Assembly: GCA_951406725.2 (NCBI GenBank)
Contig: OX597827.1
Location: 41,726,001-41,790,000, forward strand
Length of the DNA stretch: 64,000 nucleotides
Direction: 5' to 3'
DNA from: Octopus vulgaris
Taxonomy: Eukaryota
In this document: one piece after another, positions 1 through 13,265 of the stretch
Layout: each line of letters opens with the position of its first letter
How positions within the stretch are numbered: the stretch's first letter is position 1
The notes under the pieces: model-generated
Databases searched by the model: none
Seen by the model: the letters and a program-made list of their open reading frames with translations, nothing else
Told to the model about the DNA's origin: nothing
Translations under genes and position numbers: made by a program

Positions 1-333
1 ACACACACATGTATACAGACGTAGGCAGATGGATATACAGATGGTTCGATACGTACACATATATATACACGCCGACACGTATTTTAGGTCACCTTTCCCT
101 ATTCGAGGCGCCTATTTTCTGAATCATCACGTTTTTCTCTATCTTGGTTTCCATCCAAGTTGATTACGTACAGGAAGCCTCTTACACACACACACGCACA
201 TGCTCACACATGGTCACACACATTTGTAGATATATATCTATCTGTGTATATATATGTACATACATGTATGTATACACATATGTACATCCATTCAAATTTT
301 ATATATATATATATATAGGTGTGTGTGTGTGTG

Positions 334-433
<100 letters not shown>

Positions 434-643
434 ATGTATATATACACATATAATTTGAATGGATGTGCACAAATATATATATGCATACTTGCACACATAT
501 ATGAGTATATATATATATATATATATATATATGTGCATGTGTGTGTGTGTATTTATGTATTATATGTGTATGTATGACACACATATATATATATATATAC
601 GCACACACACGTTTATGTATACATAAACTCACTCGTATCAATG

Positions 644-726
<83 letters not shown>

Positions 727-1058
727 CTATATATGAGTGTATTTTTGTGTGTGTGTGTGTATTTGTGTATGTGCTTGTATAAACAACTGCGTTCGTTCCC
801 CAATGTGTTTTTGTGGTTTCGTTGGTTCCTGTGTGCTACTGGGAAGTGAATATTTACATTGCTCTGCTCAGAGCCGACATTGCATTGTATGTTTGCTTGC
901 TGTGGTGTAAGAAGACGTTGCATCATCGTGTGGTTCGGTCAGTTTGACCTTGTCTCACTTTTCAGAACAGATGCCGAATCTGAATGAAGCAACGGAGGGG
1001 ATGTTCAAAGTTAAATATCATTTAGATGATTGATAGTGTGCATTTTGTCTCTGTCTCT

Positions 1059-1610
1059 GTATGTATGTATGTATGTATGTATGTATGTATGTATGTATGT
1101 ATGTATGTATGTATGTATGTATGTATGTATGTATGTATGTGTGTGTATGTGTGTGTGTATGTATGTATGTGTGTGTGTATGTATGTATGTGTGTGTATGT
1201 ATGTATGTATGTATGTATGTATGTACGTATGTATGTATGTATGCATGTATGTATGTGTATGTATGTATGTGTGGAGCTATGTATGTATGTATATATGTAT
1301 TATATAAGTATGTATGTTTGCATGTATGTACGTATGTATGTATATATGTATGTATGTACGTATGTATGTATGCAGTATGTAAGTATGTATGTATATATGT
1401 ATGTACGTATGTATGTATGTATGTAAGTATGTATGTATGTGTATGTATGTATGTATGCATGTATGTACGTTTGTATGTATGTATGTATATATGTATGTAT
1501 GTACGTATGTATGTATGCAGTATGTAAGTATGCATGTATGTAAGTATGTATGTATGTATGTGTATGTATGTATGTATGTATGCATGTATGTACGTTTGTA
1601 TGTATGTATG

Positions 1611-1644
<34 letters not shown>

Positions 1645-1819
1645 TGCACATATGTATGTGTGTGTAAGTATGTATGTTTGTATGTGTATGTATATATGTT
1701 TGTATGTGTGTATGTATGTATGTATGCAGTATGTAAGTATGTATGTATATATGTATGTACGTATGTATGTATGCATGTATGTAAGTATGTATGTGTATGT
1801 ATGTATGTATGTACGTTTG

Positions 1820-1853
<34 letters not shown>

Positions 1854-2080
1854 TATATGTATGTATGTATGTATGTATGCACGTATGTATGTGTGTGTAT
1901 GTATGTATGTTTGTATGTGTATGTATATATATGTTTGTATGTGTGTATGTATGTATGCTTGTATGTATGTATGTATGTATGTTTGTATGTGTGTATGTAT
2001 GTATGCTTGTATGTATGTATGTATGTATGTATGTATGTATGTATGTATGTATGTATGCATGTAGGTATGTATGTATGTAT
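1059..2080. repeat. ~1-kb (TATG)n array with higher-order variant units
   Basis: Variant blocks such as gcagtatgtaag and gtacgtttg recur at spaced intervals. Confidence 0.95.
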
Positions 2081-2330
2081 CTATCTATCCATCTACGCGC
2101 ACATGCAATACAGATGCTGCCTTGGTTGTGTGTTCAAGAAATTTGCTTTGTAATTTTGTAGTTCCCTGTTCGAATCCACTCCGCAATACATTAACCAAGC
2201 CCCTTTTTCTCTAACCAAAGTTTGATCAACGCCTCATAAACTTGGGGGACTAGCGGACAGAAACAGTTCCGAAAGGCATTATGAGAATTAAGTATGAGCA
2301 TGACTATAGTAGAAAGGATTATTATTAGAT

Positions 2331-2765
2331 AAGGCGGCGAAGGTGTCGAGCGTTCAGAATGATTAGCGCACCGGACAAAATGCTTAGCGGCATTTCGTCC
2401 GTCCTTACGTTCCGAGTTCAAATTCTGCCGCAGTCGACTTTGCCTTTCATCATTTCGGGGTCGATGAAATAAGTACCAGTAAAGCACTGGAGGCGATGTT
2501 ATCGACTAACAATATTTCAGGGCTTGTGCCAATAATAAAAAGGATTATTGAATAAAACGGTGAGCTGTCAGAACCATTAACACACCGGAGAAAATGCTTA
2601 GCGGCATTTCGTCCGTCTTTACGTGCTGAGTTCTAATTCCAGGGTCGATTTTGCCTTTCATCCTTTCGGTGTCGATAAAAAAGGGTCAAGTACTGAAGTT
2701 AATGTAATCAATTTCCCCCTCCTCTCAAAAACCGTTGTCCGCGTGCCGAAACTTGAAACCATTGC
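2331..2765 (+). mobile_element. Two tandem tRNA-derived SINE family A copies
   Basis: ggcggcga...aatgcttagcggcatttcgtccgtc, B box GAGTTCAAATTC, and gtcgactttgcctttcatc..ttcggggtcgat...aagtaccag, present twice. Confidence 0.85.
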
Positions 2766-2907
2766 AATTACTATTTTAATTATACATGTTTTGATGAACA
2801 TATCACAAGCTTCTTGTTTTGAAGCAAAAATTCGGTCTATCTTGGAGGACGCACCCAGAAGAGTTCAGGGTCAACATGAATATAGATTGTTAATAATGTA
2901 TATTCAA

Positions 2908-3060
2908 TGGGCGCGGCTGTGTGGTAAGTAGCTGGCTTACGAACCACATGGTTCCGGGTTCAGTCCCAGTGCGTGGCACCTTGAGCAAGTGTCTTCTACT
3001 ACAGCCTCGGGTCGACCTTGTGAGTGGATTTGGTAGACGGAAACTGAAAGAAACCTATCG

Positions 3061-3096
<36 letters not shown>

Positions 3097-3325
3097 TATA
3101 TATATATGTATATATATATAAATATATCTATATGTTTGTGTGTTTATGTTTATCCCCCCAACATCGCTTGACAACCGATGTTGGTGTGTTTACGTCCTCG
3201 CCACTTAGCGGATCGGCTAGAGAGAATAAGTACTAGGCTTACAAAGAATAAGTACTGGGCGTCGATTTGCTCGACTAAAGGCGGTGCCCCAGCTTGGCCG
3301 CAGTCAAATGACCGAAACAAAAGAA
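2908..3325 (+). mobile_element. tRNA-derived SINE family B (bipartite, internal microsatellite)
   Basis: GGCTGTGTGGTAAG A-box region, GGTTCAGTCCC B box and CORE-like ACCTTG.GCAAGTG, then a (TA)/(CA) spacer and a conserved 3' half ending CAGTCAAATGAC.GAAAC. Confidence 0.88.
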
Positions 3326-3874
3326 TAATAATAAAAGTAAAAAGAAATATATTAAAAGTTTGTAAGAATGCTCTGTAGAAAACAAGCACAGAAGTATTTA
3401 AGGTTAACACACGTGTTCATGGCTGAGAAATAATGTGTGAGAAGTCCCTAATAATGTTTATGAGACCCTCTTATTGTTATTTTCTGCTACTTGCCGGTGC
3501 CTATCCTTATGGGAACTGTGTCAGTATCTTTACAGAAATGATTGTGTATCACTACAGCCGTGTTGATGCAGTGCGTTTGGTCTAAATCTAACAGTTTGAA
3601 TAAAAGGAGGAAAGACAACACAATGTCCTATCCAAAAACACAGGAATATAAAATAAAATCAAAAAGCTAGCAAGGAGATTATTGTAGGGAGATAACTGCT
3701 TACCTAAAGTAGACTTAGACCAGAGATAATCTTTTATTTGCGTATTGGATATCTAATTCACGATAATACTGCTCATGTAAAGGAATTCGTTTTAGGACTG
3801 TTCATCACGGTTAGCCAATGTGCCGAAAGCATGTTTGTTTTTGCCGCTATTTTGACTGTTCCAAGAGTTCACCT

Positions 3875-4202
3875 GTGGAGGCGCAATGGCCCAGTGGTTA
3901 GGGCAGCGATTTCGCGGCCAGAGGATCGCGACTTCGATTCCCAGACCGAGCGTTGTATGTGTTTATTGAGCGAAAACACATAAAACTCCACGAGGCTCCG
4001 GCAGGGGGGGGGGGGGGAGTAGCGACCCCTGTTGTACTCTTTCGCCTCCACTTTCTCTCACTCTTTCTTCCTGTTTCTTGAGTAACGCTGCGATGGACTG
4101 GCGTCCTGTCCAGCTGGGGGGAACACATACGCTATAGAAACCGGGAAACCAGGCCCATGAGCCTGGATAGGCTTGAAAAAGGCGCATAAATAAAAAAAAA
4201 AT
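3875..4202 (+). mobile_element. tRNA-derived SINE family C, full length with TSD
   Basis: A box TGGCCCAGTGG, B-box-like TTCGATTCC and an A-rich tail. 12-bp TSD AAGAGTTCACCT (3863-74, 4203-14). Confidence 0.9.
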
Positions 4203-5102
4203 AAGAGTTCACCTATTTCTTGTTGGAATTTTGTTTCTACTAACAGGTTTACTACTTTTTAAAATTATGATCATCAAAGAGTGGTCTATAAACTGGACAG
4301 ACATTTGATAAGATTAACGACTGTCCTATACTGAACACTAACACAGCATAGCGTGACAGTACACCTCTAGCGGTGTACTGTCACTTATTCTCCAACTTAT
4401 TGTACAGGATGAAGTGTAACTTTAATACATTTTTCGTATTACAGTTTATGGAATTTAGTTGTATCACCACCCAACCCAATACCACGTGGTCACCTGGTCA
4501 CATCTTACAGCTGTCTTCAAGGTATATATAGAGTTCTAGCTACTGAGATGAGGTCTGAAATATTCTTTGACTCTGTTATAATATACAGTTTTCATTCTCG
4601 CTCGGGCACCCTTCGCACTTGGTCCGTATTAAGCGGGAGTTGAAAATGACGGTTATCAGGTGATGTAGCATGTCAACGACAACCAACGTCAACCATCAAT
4701 TGTTTTGAATTTGTCTGATGTCAGAACTTTTGTAGTTTCCAAAATGTTTATAGAAAGCCTTAAATCTGATATTGTATTGCCTAAGGCATGATGGCTTATC
4801 AATTTCCGTTTTAATTACGTCTCCCTTTTCATTTGATATTTATCAGTGACCCAGTGACTTAATTTTTCCTTGAAATGTATGGGAGATAAAACTCCAATAA
4901 ATGTTTCATCTTTGTTAGAGATCATCAGCGGAAATAATATTTTCTAGATTTTAGAACTTATAAATATAAGTAAGGTAGCGAGCTGGCTGAATCGTTAGCC
5001 TGTCGAACAAAATGCTTAGCAGCATAGCTTCTGATCCTTTTGCGTTCTGAGTTCAAATCTCGCTGAAATCAACATTGCATTTTATCCTTTCGGAGACGAT
5101 AA

Positions 5103-5264
5103 GGAGTGGCTGTGTGGTAAGTAGCTTGCTTACGAACCACATTGCTCCGGGTTCAGTTCCACTGCGTGGCACCTTGGGCAAGTGTCTTCTACTATACCCT
5201 CGGGCCGACCAAGGCCTTGCGAGTGGATTTGGCAGACGGAAACTGAAAGAAGCCGTCGTATATA

Positions 5265-5329
<65 letters not shown>

Positions 5330-5545
5330 ATATGTATGTGTGTGTTTATACGTTTGTATGTCTGTGTTTGTCCCCCGCCAACATCGCTTGACAACCGATG
5401 CTGGTGTGTTTACGTCCCCTTAACTTAGCGGTTCGGCAATAAGAGACCGATAGAATAAGTACCAGGCTTACAAAGAATAAGTCCTGGGGTCGATTTGCTC
5501 GACTAAAGATGGCCACAGTCAAATGACTGAAACAAGTAAAAGAGT
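5103..5545 (+). mobile_element. SINE family B nested in a family A SINE (4972-5100 / 5550-5630)
   Basis: Collinear match to 2908-3325; family A sequence resumes on both sides. Confidence 0.88.
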
Positions 5546-6649
5546 AGCAGTCAAGTATTGGGGTCAATGTCATTGACTAAACCTTCTCCCCCCCCCTAAA
5601 ATGCTGGCTCTGCGCCAAAACTTGAAACAATTATAAATATAAGTAAACGTACAGAATCGTATTTTTCCTTGGCCTAGAGAAAAAAACAGGATTGTTTAAA
5701 AATTGAACTATTTTAAAGCTTTGATTAGAAAACAACTTTATGCTTAATAAGAAAAGAAGGGCTAACTTTCTTTTTATTTCATAGATCATTAGATTAGTTT
5801 TTTGTAAATGGTTTCCAGAATGTGCCTATTTCTTTTGTGGGTATCGTATCAAAGTTATTGCTATTTTCTCGTATTGTCTTATAAAATTGCTGCTGCTGCT
5901 GGGCTTTCAAACAGTTTCCATCAATCCAATTTCCCTAATAAGGCATGAGGTGACTCATGTTTGACAACATTTGCCATTAACACCAAAAAGTTTTCTTTCC
6001 TTTTTATTACTGGTGTAATTTTCATCTGATTAAAAACTTTCGTTTTTAATCTCACTGTATTATGTATATTTTTGTCTGCCATCAGCTACATGTTATTTAT
6101 GCACAAAGTACCCATGCAAAAATGTGCGAATGTCAATATTACTATTTATATATATATATTTTTGTTGATTACAACACGTATTTGATCTTAAGTTAGATAT
6201 TTATAATATTTTCAAAAATAATAATATTTTTTTTTACCGACAAAGAACTGGAGAATATAAAATCAGCATTTGTGAAAAAAAAAAAACCTGAAAATCACCT
6301 CATGCATTTTCAAAGCAACCTCAGTTTAATAAAACTATTTCCTGATTTGGAAATCATTTTTTACGTTAGCATTTTACCAGATATTCTTTTATATAAATAA
6401 TATATTTAAACATATATTCAAATTAAAAAAAATTCAGTCTGTAGTTATAACCATTAAATTTTTATGATATTTTTTAAAGAAAAAAAAAACGCATTCTGAC
6501 ATTACTGCCTTATTAACTGGTATGCAATTTATGTATACACATACACATACAAACAAATATGCACATGTATACATGCATACAAATATACATATAAACATAT
6601 ATTCTTGTATAGATGTCTATCACTGGCTTTACTATTTCTTCGAAACACG

Positions 6650-6840
6650 ATGAGGAATGTTAGCGGTAACTTAGGGAAGCATGACAATATAACCTATGAT
6701 GGTACCCAATTTATATGTTGTACCTGTGTCGTGTAGCCTGAATACTGTTCCGATATTTGAGTTACTGGACTGGACACTAGATGGAATCTCTGTCGTTGAT
6801 GGCTGAAGCAAAAGATCTTTATCAACACCAGAAACTTTGA
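6650..6840 (+). mobile_element. Possible CR1/L2-like RT C-terminal remnant
   Basis: CCTGAATACTGTTCC (LEYCS-like) in a non-repetitive patch; otherwise degraded. Confidence 0.3.
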
Positions 6841-6916
6841 TATGAACAGCAATAACGACCGCCTCTACTGAAAATGGAAGCCAGAAGAACGAAGCTTAAT
6901 AAACATCCATCCATCT

Positions 6917-6947
<31 letters not shown>

Positions 6948-6976
6948 CGTCCATCCATTCATCCATCCATCCATCC

Positions 6977-7125
<149 letters not shown>

Positions 7126-7172
7126 CCTATCTATCTATCTATCTGTGTGTTTGGGGTGGGAGGAGGATAAGT

Positions 7173-7780
7173 TTAGGTATGAGTGTGAGTCTGTGTGTTT
7201 GTAGTGGATGGAGGTGGTAAGAGTGGAGTGACTGAAATGTCAAGAAAGGAGACAGATGTGTCAGAGATAATGCAGGAGAAGTGGAGGGCAGGATGGAAAG
7301 ATTTGACGAAAGAGAGGAAGGAGTCTAAATGTTCGCGGGAGAGTGAGGTGGCACCGATACAGTCGTCAATATAACGGCCATATAGTTCGGGAGTGGGACC
7401 TTTGAAACTAGAGAATATTTGGGCCTCAACATAGCCAACGAACAGGTTCGCATAGTTGGGGCCCATTCTCATGGTCACTCTCGAGACCTGCTGGTAGAAC
7501 TCGCCCGCGAACGAGAAACAGTTGAGTGAGAGGACAAGTTCGGCCAGACGAACGAGTGTGGAGGTGTTGGGTTGGGGATTGGGTCGGAGGTCAAGGAAGT
7601 GTTTCAGTGCACGCAGCCCCTCATGGTGAGGGATCACAGTGTAGATGCTCTGGATGTCCATTGTAAAGAGAAGTTTGGAGGATCCAAGAAGGAAAAAGAG
7701 TTGAATAGACGAAGAGCATGGTTGGTGTCATGGATGTGAGAAGGAAGAGACGCCACTAGGGGGCAAGGACACGGTCATAG
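7173..7780 (-). mobile_element. Penelope-like element (PLE) reverse transcriptase fragment
   Basis: ORF 7173-7661 has DIQSIYTVIPH, MGPNYANLF, RYIDD, FH..LHF and FLDI motifs typical of PLE RTs. An upstream frameshifted segment reads LPSHIHDTNHAL. Confidence 0.88.
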
Positions 7781-7907
7781 CTTCCCCAGATGCATCGCCC
7801 CAGCAACATGTGCGTAAAAAATGTAAACAATGTAATATTTCTATACGAAAACTGCAAATTTCAAATTTTAAATTTTAATTACTTTTACATCCATATTTAT
7901 ACAAGAC

Positions 7908-7974
<67 letters not shown>

Positions 7975-8339
7975 CTAGCAGTATCGCCCGGCGTTGCTCA
8001 GGTTTGTAAGGGAAATAACTATAAAGCATTTTTAGAGAGTTATAGCCAAAAAATAGCAAAAAAATGGAAAAAAAATGATGGTAAATTTTTTTGAGAGTTA
8101 AAAAAGGTGGAGTTGCGTCCCCTAGACGGTCTGTGGTTTGGGTTTCTGATTCTCGACCCCATGTCGAATTTATCGATTTTTTCAGAACTGAGGGAACTTT
8201 TCAAAATTTTCGCTGCGTTAGTTTTGAATTATGACATTGGGCTATGTGTGTGTCAAGTTTCATCAGAATCGGTTGAAAGCCGTGGTCAGAGTGAGGGTAC
8301 GAGAAAACAGACACACAGAAAACGCACAGACAAACTGCC

Positions 8340-8345
<6 letters not shown>
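7975..8345 (-). mobile_element. Non-autonomous Helitron-like element in (TA)n
   Basis: Minus-strand 3' end CTAG|T with a subterminal GC hairpin (cccggcgttgctcagg). Contains AAGTTTCATCAGAATCGG and an ACAGAA/ACAGAC tract as in Lep1-like Helitrons. Terminus shared with 53487. Confidence 0.75.
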
Positions 8346-8405
<60 letters not shown>

Positions 8406-9139
8406 TCATTGCTGTTTCTTCTCGGTCTCTCGCTGATACATCAATAATAATTTTAACTACGAAAGAAAAATCAACACATGTCCATGGGCGGTGTTGAATT
8501 GAAAAAGTAAACGTTGTAAAAATGGGCCCAGGATCTATAACAAAACCAACCAAATGAGAAAGAACGGTGGACAGATAACCATAAATACTATGAAATCGTT
8601 GATTTATGATTTGCACACGCTCACACGCTACTATGCAGCACTCCTCCAAAAACATACAGGTACAAACTCATATCGTAAATACCCAACAAAATGAACAAAG
8701 CTCACATGTTCCATAGAAGGCCAATACATGACGGAACACAACCTGCGCTGCACAAACAATACACAATACAAGAAATGATGCAACAGAAGATTCAAACCAA
8801 ACCCCATAACAAAACATACTGGTACAATACAATATTCCTCCCCGCCAAAGAATGCAGCATACACCACCCTACCAGTACAAAGGTACAGCAAATGTTGTAA
8901 TAGAAAGTTGCTTGAAACTATCAGATGTCGAAAAATCATAGTAGTGATGACGTTCGTGACGAAAGCTACCCTACTTCAGTTTATAAGAGGCAGGAGTTTC
9001 CGAAGAAACTCTGATTGTAACAGCGAAAATGAAGCTGGACCTTTAAGGGAAGGCCTCTCGTTCGGCAGTGGTTCGGCAAAGATGTAGACTGACCACAGCT
9101 ATTATCCTGATACAGCATCAGCAGATAATAGAATATGGA

Positions 9140-9745
9140 GGAGGCAGTGAACCGGCAAAGAAAACAGGACAGTGATGCAATGCTACTTAGAAAGTGAACC
9201 TAACAAAAGGGGCTATAGAAAACGGATGCTAGCATTTTGGATAGAGAAGGGTATGTTTAAAGTGACGGAACAGAGATTAGTAGATCAAGCCAATGCTATT
9301 AGGAGAAGGAAGCGGATGACAGACGTGGAGGTAGAAAAGATCACAAGAGAACTGGAAAAGAAAGACCAGGCAGTAGCAAAGACAAAGAACAACATAAGAG
9401 ATACAGCTCAAACCAAGAAGAACTTAAAGGGGAAAATAATAATAGCGCTACCAATACGGAAGGGAAAACCGGCACCAGCGGCTTAAGTGATTTAAGTGAG
9501 AAAGATCAGATTTTCGATGAGTTGCAGGAAGTAATGAATAAAGAAGTAAGAAAAAGATTACCAGCATTAAAAGGCACCGACAGAAGGATGCTTCTAGAAA
9601 TAACTAGGAAAGTAGATTCTGTTATCAGTAGGATAGATACTAAAATATAGGAGACATTCACTTATTGATCTATGCAGGAGGGGCAGTAGTTACTAGATGA
9701 TTATATATATCACAAGGTAAGATTAAAAAAGAGCAGATGTGGAAA
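9140..9745 (+). mobile_element. R4/Dong-clade non-LTR retrotransposon, degraded N-terminal ORF fragment
   Basis: CYLESEPNKRGYRKRM..W..TEQRLVDQ, then in other frames RKRLPALK and LLIYAGGAVVTR; these match the N-terminal pattern I recall for R4/Dong ORFs. Truncated by a SINE at ~9745. Confidence 0.75.
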
Positions 9746-10106
9746 ATTTTCCGTCCACCAAATCCGGTCGACCCGAGGCTACAGTTGAAGACTTTTGTTC
9801 AAGGCGCCAAGCAGTGGGACTGAACTCATAGTCATGTGGTTGGGAAGCAAGCTTCTTACCACACAGCCACGCCTGTGCCTATGTCTTTATGAATTAAGCT
9901 TTACTTTGCTGAGTCCACGCCAGACACTAACGAAAGTAACGAGGCATTTTTGTATGATTCCGACCATTTCTAAAATATGAGTTAGTGTATACATATCTGT
10001 AGATACAGATGTATATATGGATCTAGTCGGAACCATATGGGGAATTCGAATGTCATTTTAGCACACTGGAGTGTGATAACTTAGAGTTGCGTGTTTTGTG
10101 CTTGTT

Positions 10107-10149
<43 letters not shown>

Positions 10150-10156
<7 letters not shown>

Positions 10157-10745
10157 CTATATGCCAACAACTGACTGAGTGTGTGTGTGTGCGTATGTGT
10201 GGGATATGCTCACAAGTGATTGAGTATGTGTGTGTTATACCCAGAAGTGATTGTGCGTGGGTATGTGCAGGATATGCTCACAAATGATTGAGTACGTGTG
10301 TGTGTGTGTGTGTGTTATACCCAGAAATGACTGCGTGTGTGTGTATGTGTGTGATATGCTCACAAATGATTGAGTACGCGTGTGTGTGTGTGATATGCTC
10401 ACAAGTGATTGTGTGTGCGCATGTATGTGATATGTCTACAAATAATTGAGTGTGTGTAGGGGGGGGGGGGCTATGATAAGCTCACACGTGTTTGAGCATG
10501 TGAGTGTGTATGTGGCGATATACCCACAAATGATTGAGTGTGTGTGAGTGTATATGATACGTCCATAAATGATTCTGTGTGTGTGTGCGTTTGTGTGTGC
10601 GAGATGTGTCCACAAGTGATTATGTGTGTACATATGTATGTGTGTGTATACATGTGTGTGTATAGGTGTGTGTGTTTGTAAGTCATCTGCTTACAAGTCA
10701 TTGTGTGTGCATTTGCAATGTGCTCCACAAGAGACTGAGTCTGTA
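10150..10745. repeat. Composite minisatellite: GATATGCTCACAA(A/G)TGATTGA units separated by (TG)n
   Basis: More than a dozen degenerate units; one isolated unit at ~11328-11352. Confidence 0.85.
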
Positions 10746-11397
10746 ATTTAATTCCGGCAAAGTTAAACGAAAATATATTTTTTTCGTGTGTTCTTTCAAA
10801 TCTCTTTACTGTTACACAGATCGATTTGTTTAGGAAGGAGAGGAGGAGGCGAGCAGGTTTTTGTTATTCGTTCTTTAGAAACACCCACAATTTCTTGGCT
10901 TCTATACAAATGTGTCAATGTATGAATATGTGTGAATATGTGTGTTTGTATATGTTTGTATATGTCTGTCTCTCTATCGATCTATCTATGTGTGTCACTC
11001 TTTCTTTATCACTCTCATAATTTTTTTTTTTACTTTCTATTTAAAAATACACTCACACTTGCACACACATATATGTACTTGGGTGTGTGGGTATGTGGCT
11101 CGCTTTGCGACCACATGGTTCTGAGTTCAGTCCCTCAGCGCAGCACCTTGGGAAAGTGTCTTCTTTTATAGCACTGGGCCGATCAAAGTGTTGCGAGCGA
11201 ACTTGGAAGACAGAAAATGTGTGTGCGTCTGTGTTTATACATACATACATACATACATGTATATATATGTATATGTGTATGTGTTTGTATATATGTGTTT
11301 TATGTGCGAGCGTGTGTGTGTGCGCATGTGATATCCCCACAAATGATTGAGTGTACATACATATACGTACATAAATACATACAGATACACACATATA

Positions 11398-13025
11398 CAG
11401 TTGCAGCCAAAATGTTCAGAACGGCATTATTTTCGTCAGAAAAGTAAGTATGAGTTTCTATCAAAGTAGTTTTATATTCTATAATTTTCACAGACAATAA
11501 ATACAATATTAATTGTTATTGTCTGATATTTTGGTGTAATTTGAGAGGACAATACAAAAGTTATGGATGATTTAGTGATTTACTGCAAAACCCATGGCGG
11601 CCAAAATGATCAGAACGGTTGAAAAAATAACAAAATAATCAAAAATGACAGAGGATACTGGAATTATTTAATATTTAGTGTGAAGCCCTTTAGCTTCAAT
11701 CACACTCTGACATCTTCGACTGCATGAGGAAATTAAATTTTCAATTTCTTGCTGGGTGATCTTATTCCATTCTTCCTGAAGGGCATTCCATAATTGCTCA
11801 GTTGTTTTAGGATTTCTGGCTTTCGAACGTTCTCCTAGAATATTCCATACATTTTCAATAGGATTGAGATCTGGGCTTTGAGCAGGCCAACCCATAACAA
11901 TAACCTTTTCAGCCTTGAGGAAGTTCATGACCACCTTAGCCTTGTGACATGGGGCATTGTCCTGCATGAATATGGGTGGTCGCTTAGTTGAATTTCTCAG
12001 CACAGGCAAGACATGATCTTTTACAAGTTGTTTATAAACTCCAGCATTTACCTTTCCATGTAATCGCACCAAAGGGCCCACACCATCTCCAGATATCATC
12101 CCCCAAACCATGACACATCCTCCACCGAATTTAACACTAGTCTTAAGGCATTTAGGTGACAATTTTTCATCTACTTTTCTACGAACGTACCTTTTCCCAT
12201 CTGAGCCAAATAACATAAACTTAGATTCATCACTGAAATGCACCGTTTGCCATATTCTTGAGACCACAACACATGTTCGGTTGCAAAGGTAAGACGACAC
12301 TTTTTATTCTTGGAGCTGATCAGTGGCTAGACTGCAGGTGCTCTTGCTTGTAGGTCATGTTCAACTAAACGACGAGACACAGTTTTTCGAGATAAAGTTT
12401 TCTTCAATACAATGCTCATTTTCCGAGAAACAGCAGCAGCAGTTTTAAATTTGTCCTTTTTAACCAACCTTACCATAGCACGATCTTCTCTCTTGGTCGT
12501 TTTTCTTGGCTTACCTGTAAACTTTCTTGCTTCACACGAACCACAATCATCGTAGACCTTAAGAATACCGTGTACAACACTTTTTGACTTGTTAACAATC
12601 TTTGCAATAGATCTAATACTTAAATTATCCTTCCTTCGAAGCATAATAATCTGCTGACGAATTGGTAACGGAGTAAGTGGCATTATATTAACAAAGTACA
12701 CTGCAAATATTCTTACTAATGTTTAGTAAACGAACCGTCACGTAAACAAATTCAAAACATTAGAGTTCGCCGGTTAAATATACTAAAACACCGAGTAAAA
12801 GCAACCGTTCTGATCATTTTGGCCGCCATGGGCTTTGCAGTAAATCACTAAATCATCCATAACTTTTGTATTATCCTCTCAAATTGCACTAAAATCTCAG
12901 GCAATAACACATAATATCGTATTTATTGTCTGTGAAAATTATAGAATATAAAACAACTTTGATAAAAAATTATATCTACTTTTCTGACGAAAACAATGCC
13001 GTTCTGAACATTTTGGCCGCCACTC
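11398..13025 (-). mobile_element. Full-length Tc1-family DNA transposon, IR/DR type (~1628 bp)
   Basis: Imperfect ~224-bp terminal inverted repeats (11398-11621, 12802-13025). Each has outer and inner direct repeats GCCAAAATG(T/A)TCAGAACGG. TA flanks both ends (11396-97, 13026-27) and a transposase lies inside. Confidence 0.96.
11668..12683 (-). pseudogene. Tc1 DD34E transposase with one premature stop and one frameshift
   Basis: ATG at 12683 opens an HTH region with GKPRKTT. In-frame TAG at 12327-29 (APAV*PLISSKNK), frameshift near 12254, then FSDESKF, VMVWG, FMQDNAPCH and WPAQSPDLNPIENVW. 34 residues lie between the second D and the E; ends GLHTKY*. Confidence 0.95.
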
Positions 13026-13029
13026 TATA

Positions 13030-13255
13030 TTCTTTTATTCCTTTATTCTTTTGCTTGTTTCAGTCATTTGACTGCGGCCATGCTGGACCACCACCTTTAG
13101 TCGAATAAATCGACCCCAGAACTTTATCTTTATAAGCCTAGTACTTATTCTAACGGTGTCTTTTGCCGAACCGTTAAGTTACGGCGATGTAAACATACTA
13201 ACATCGGTTGTCAAGTGATGGTAGGGGAGGGGAAAAACAGACACACAAGTACGTA
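13030..13255 (-). mobile_element. SINE family B 3' half
   Basis: Reverse complement of 5365-5545. Confidence 0.82.
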
Positions 13256-13265
13256 CATACATATA

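Noticed and set aside
4895-4932. Minus-strand CUGAUGA...GAAAC spacing like a hammerhead
   Set aside because: Stem II closes poorly, stem III lacks the pairing G, and there is no stem I; likely chance or too decayed.
8440-8935. Non-repetitive segment with short ORFs upstream of the R4/Dong fragment
   Set aside because: No recognisable motif; cannot be assigned without a search.
10150-10745. CRISPR-like array
   Set aside because: Eukaryotic context, spacers are (TG)n, repeats are degenerate, and there are no cas genes.
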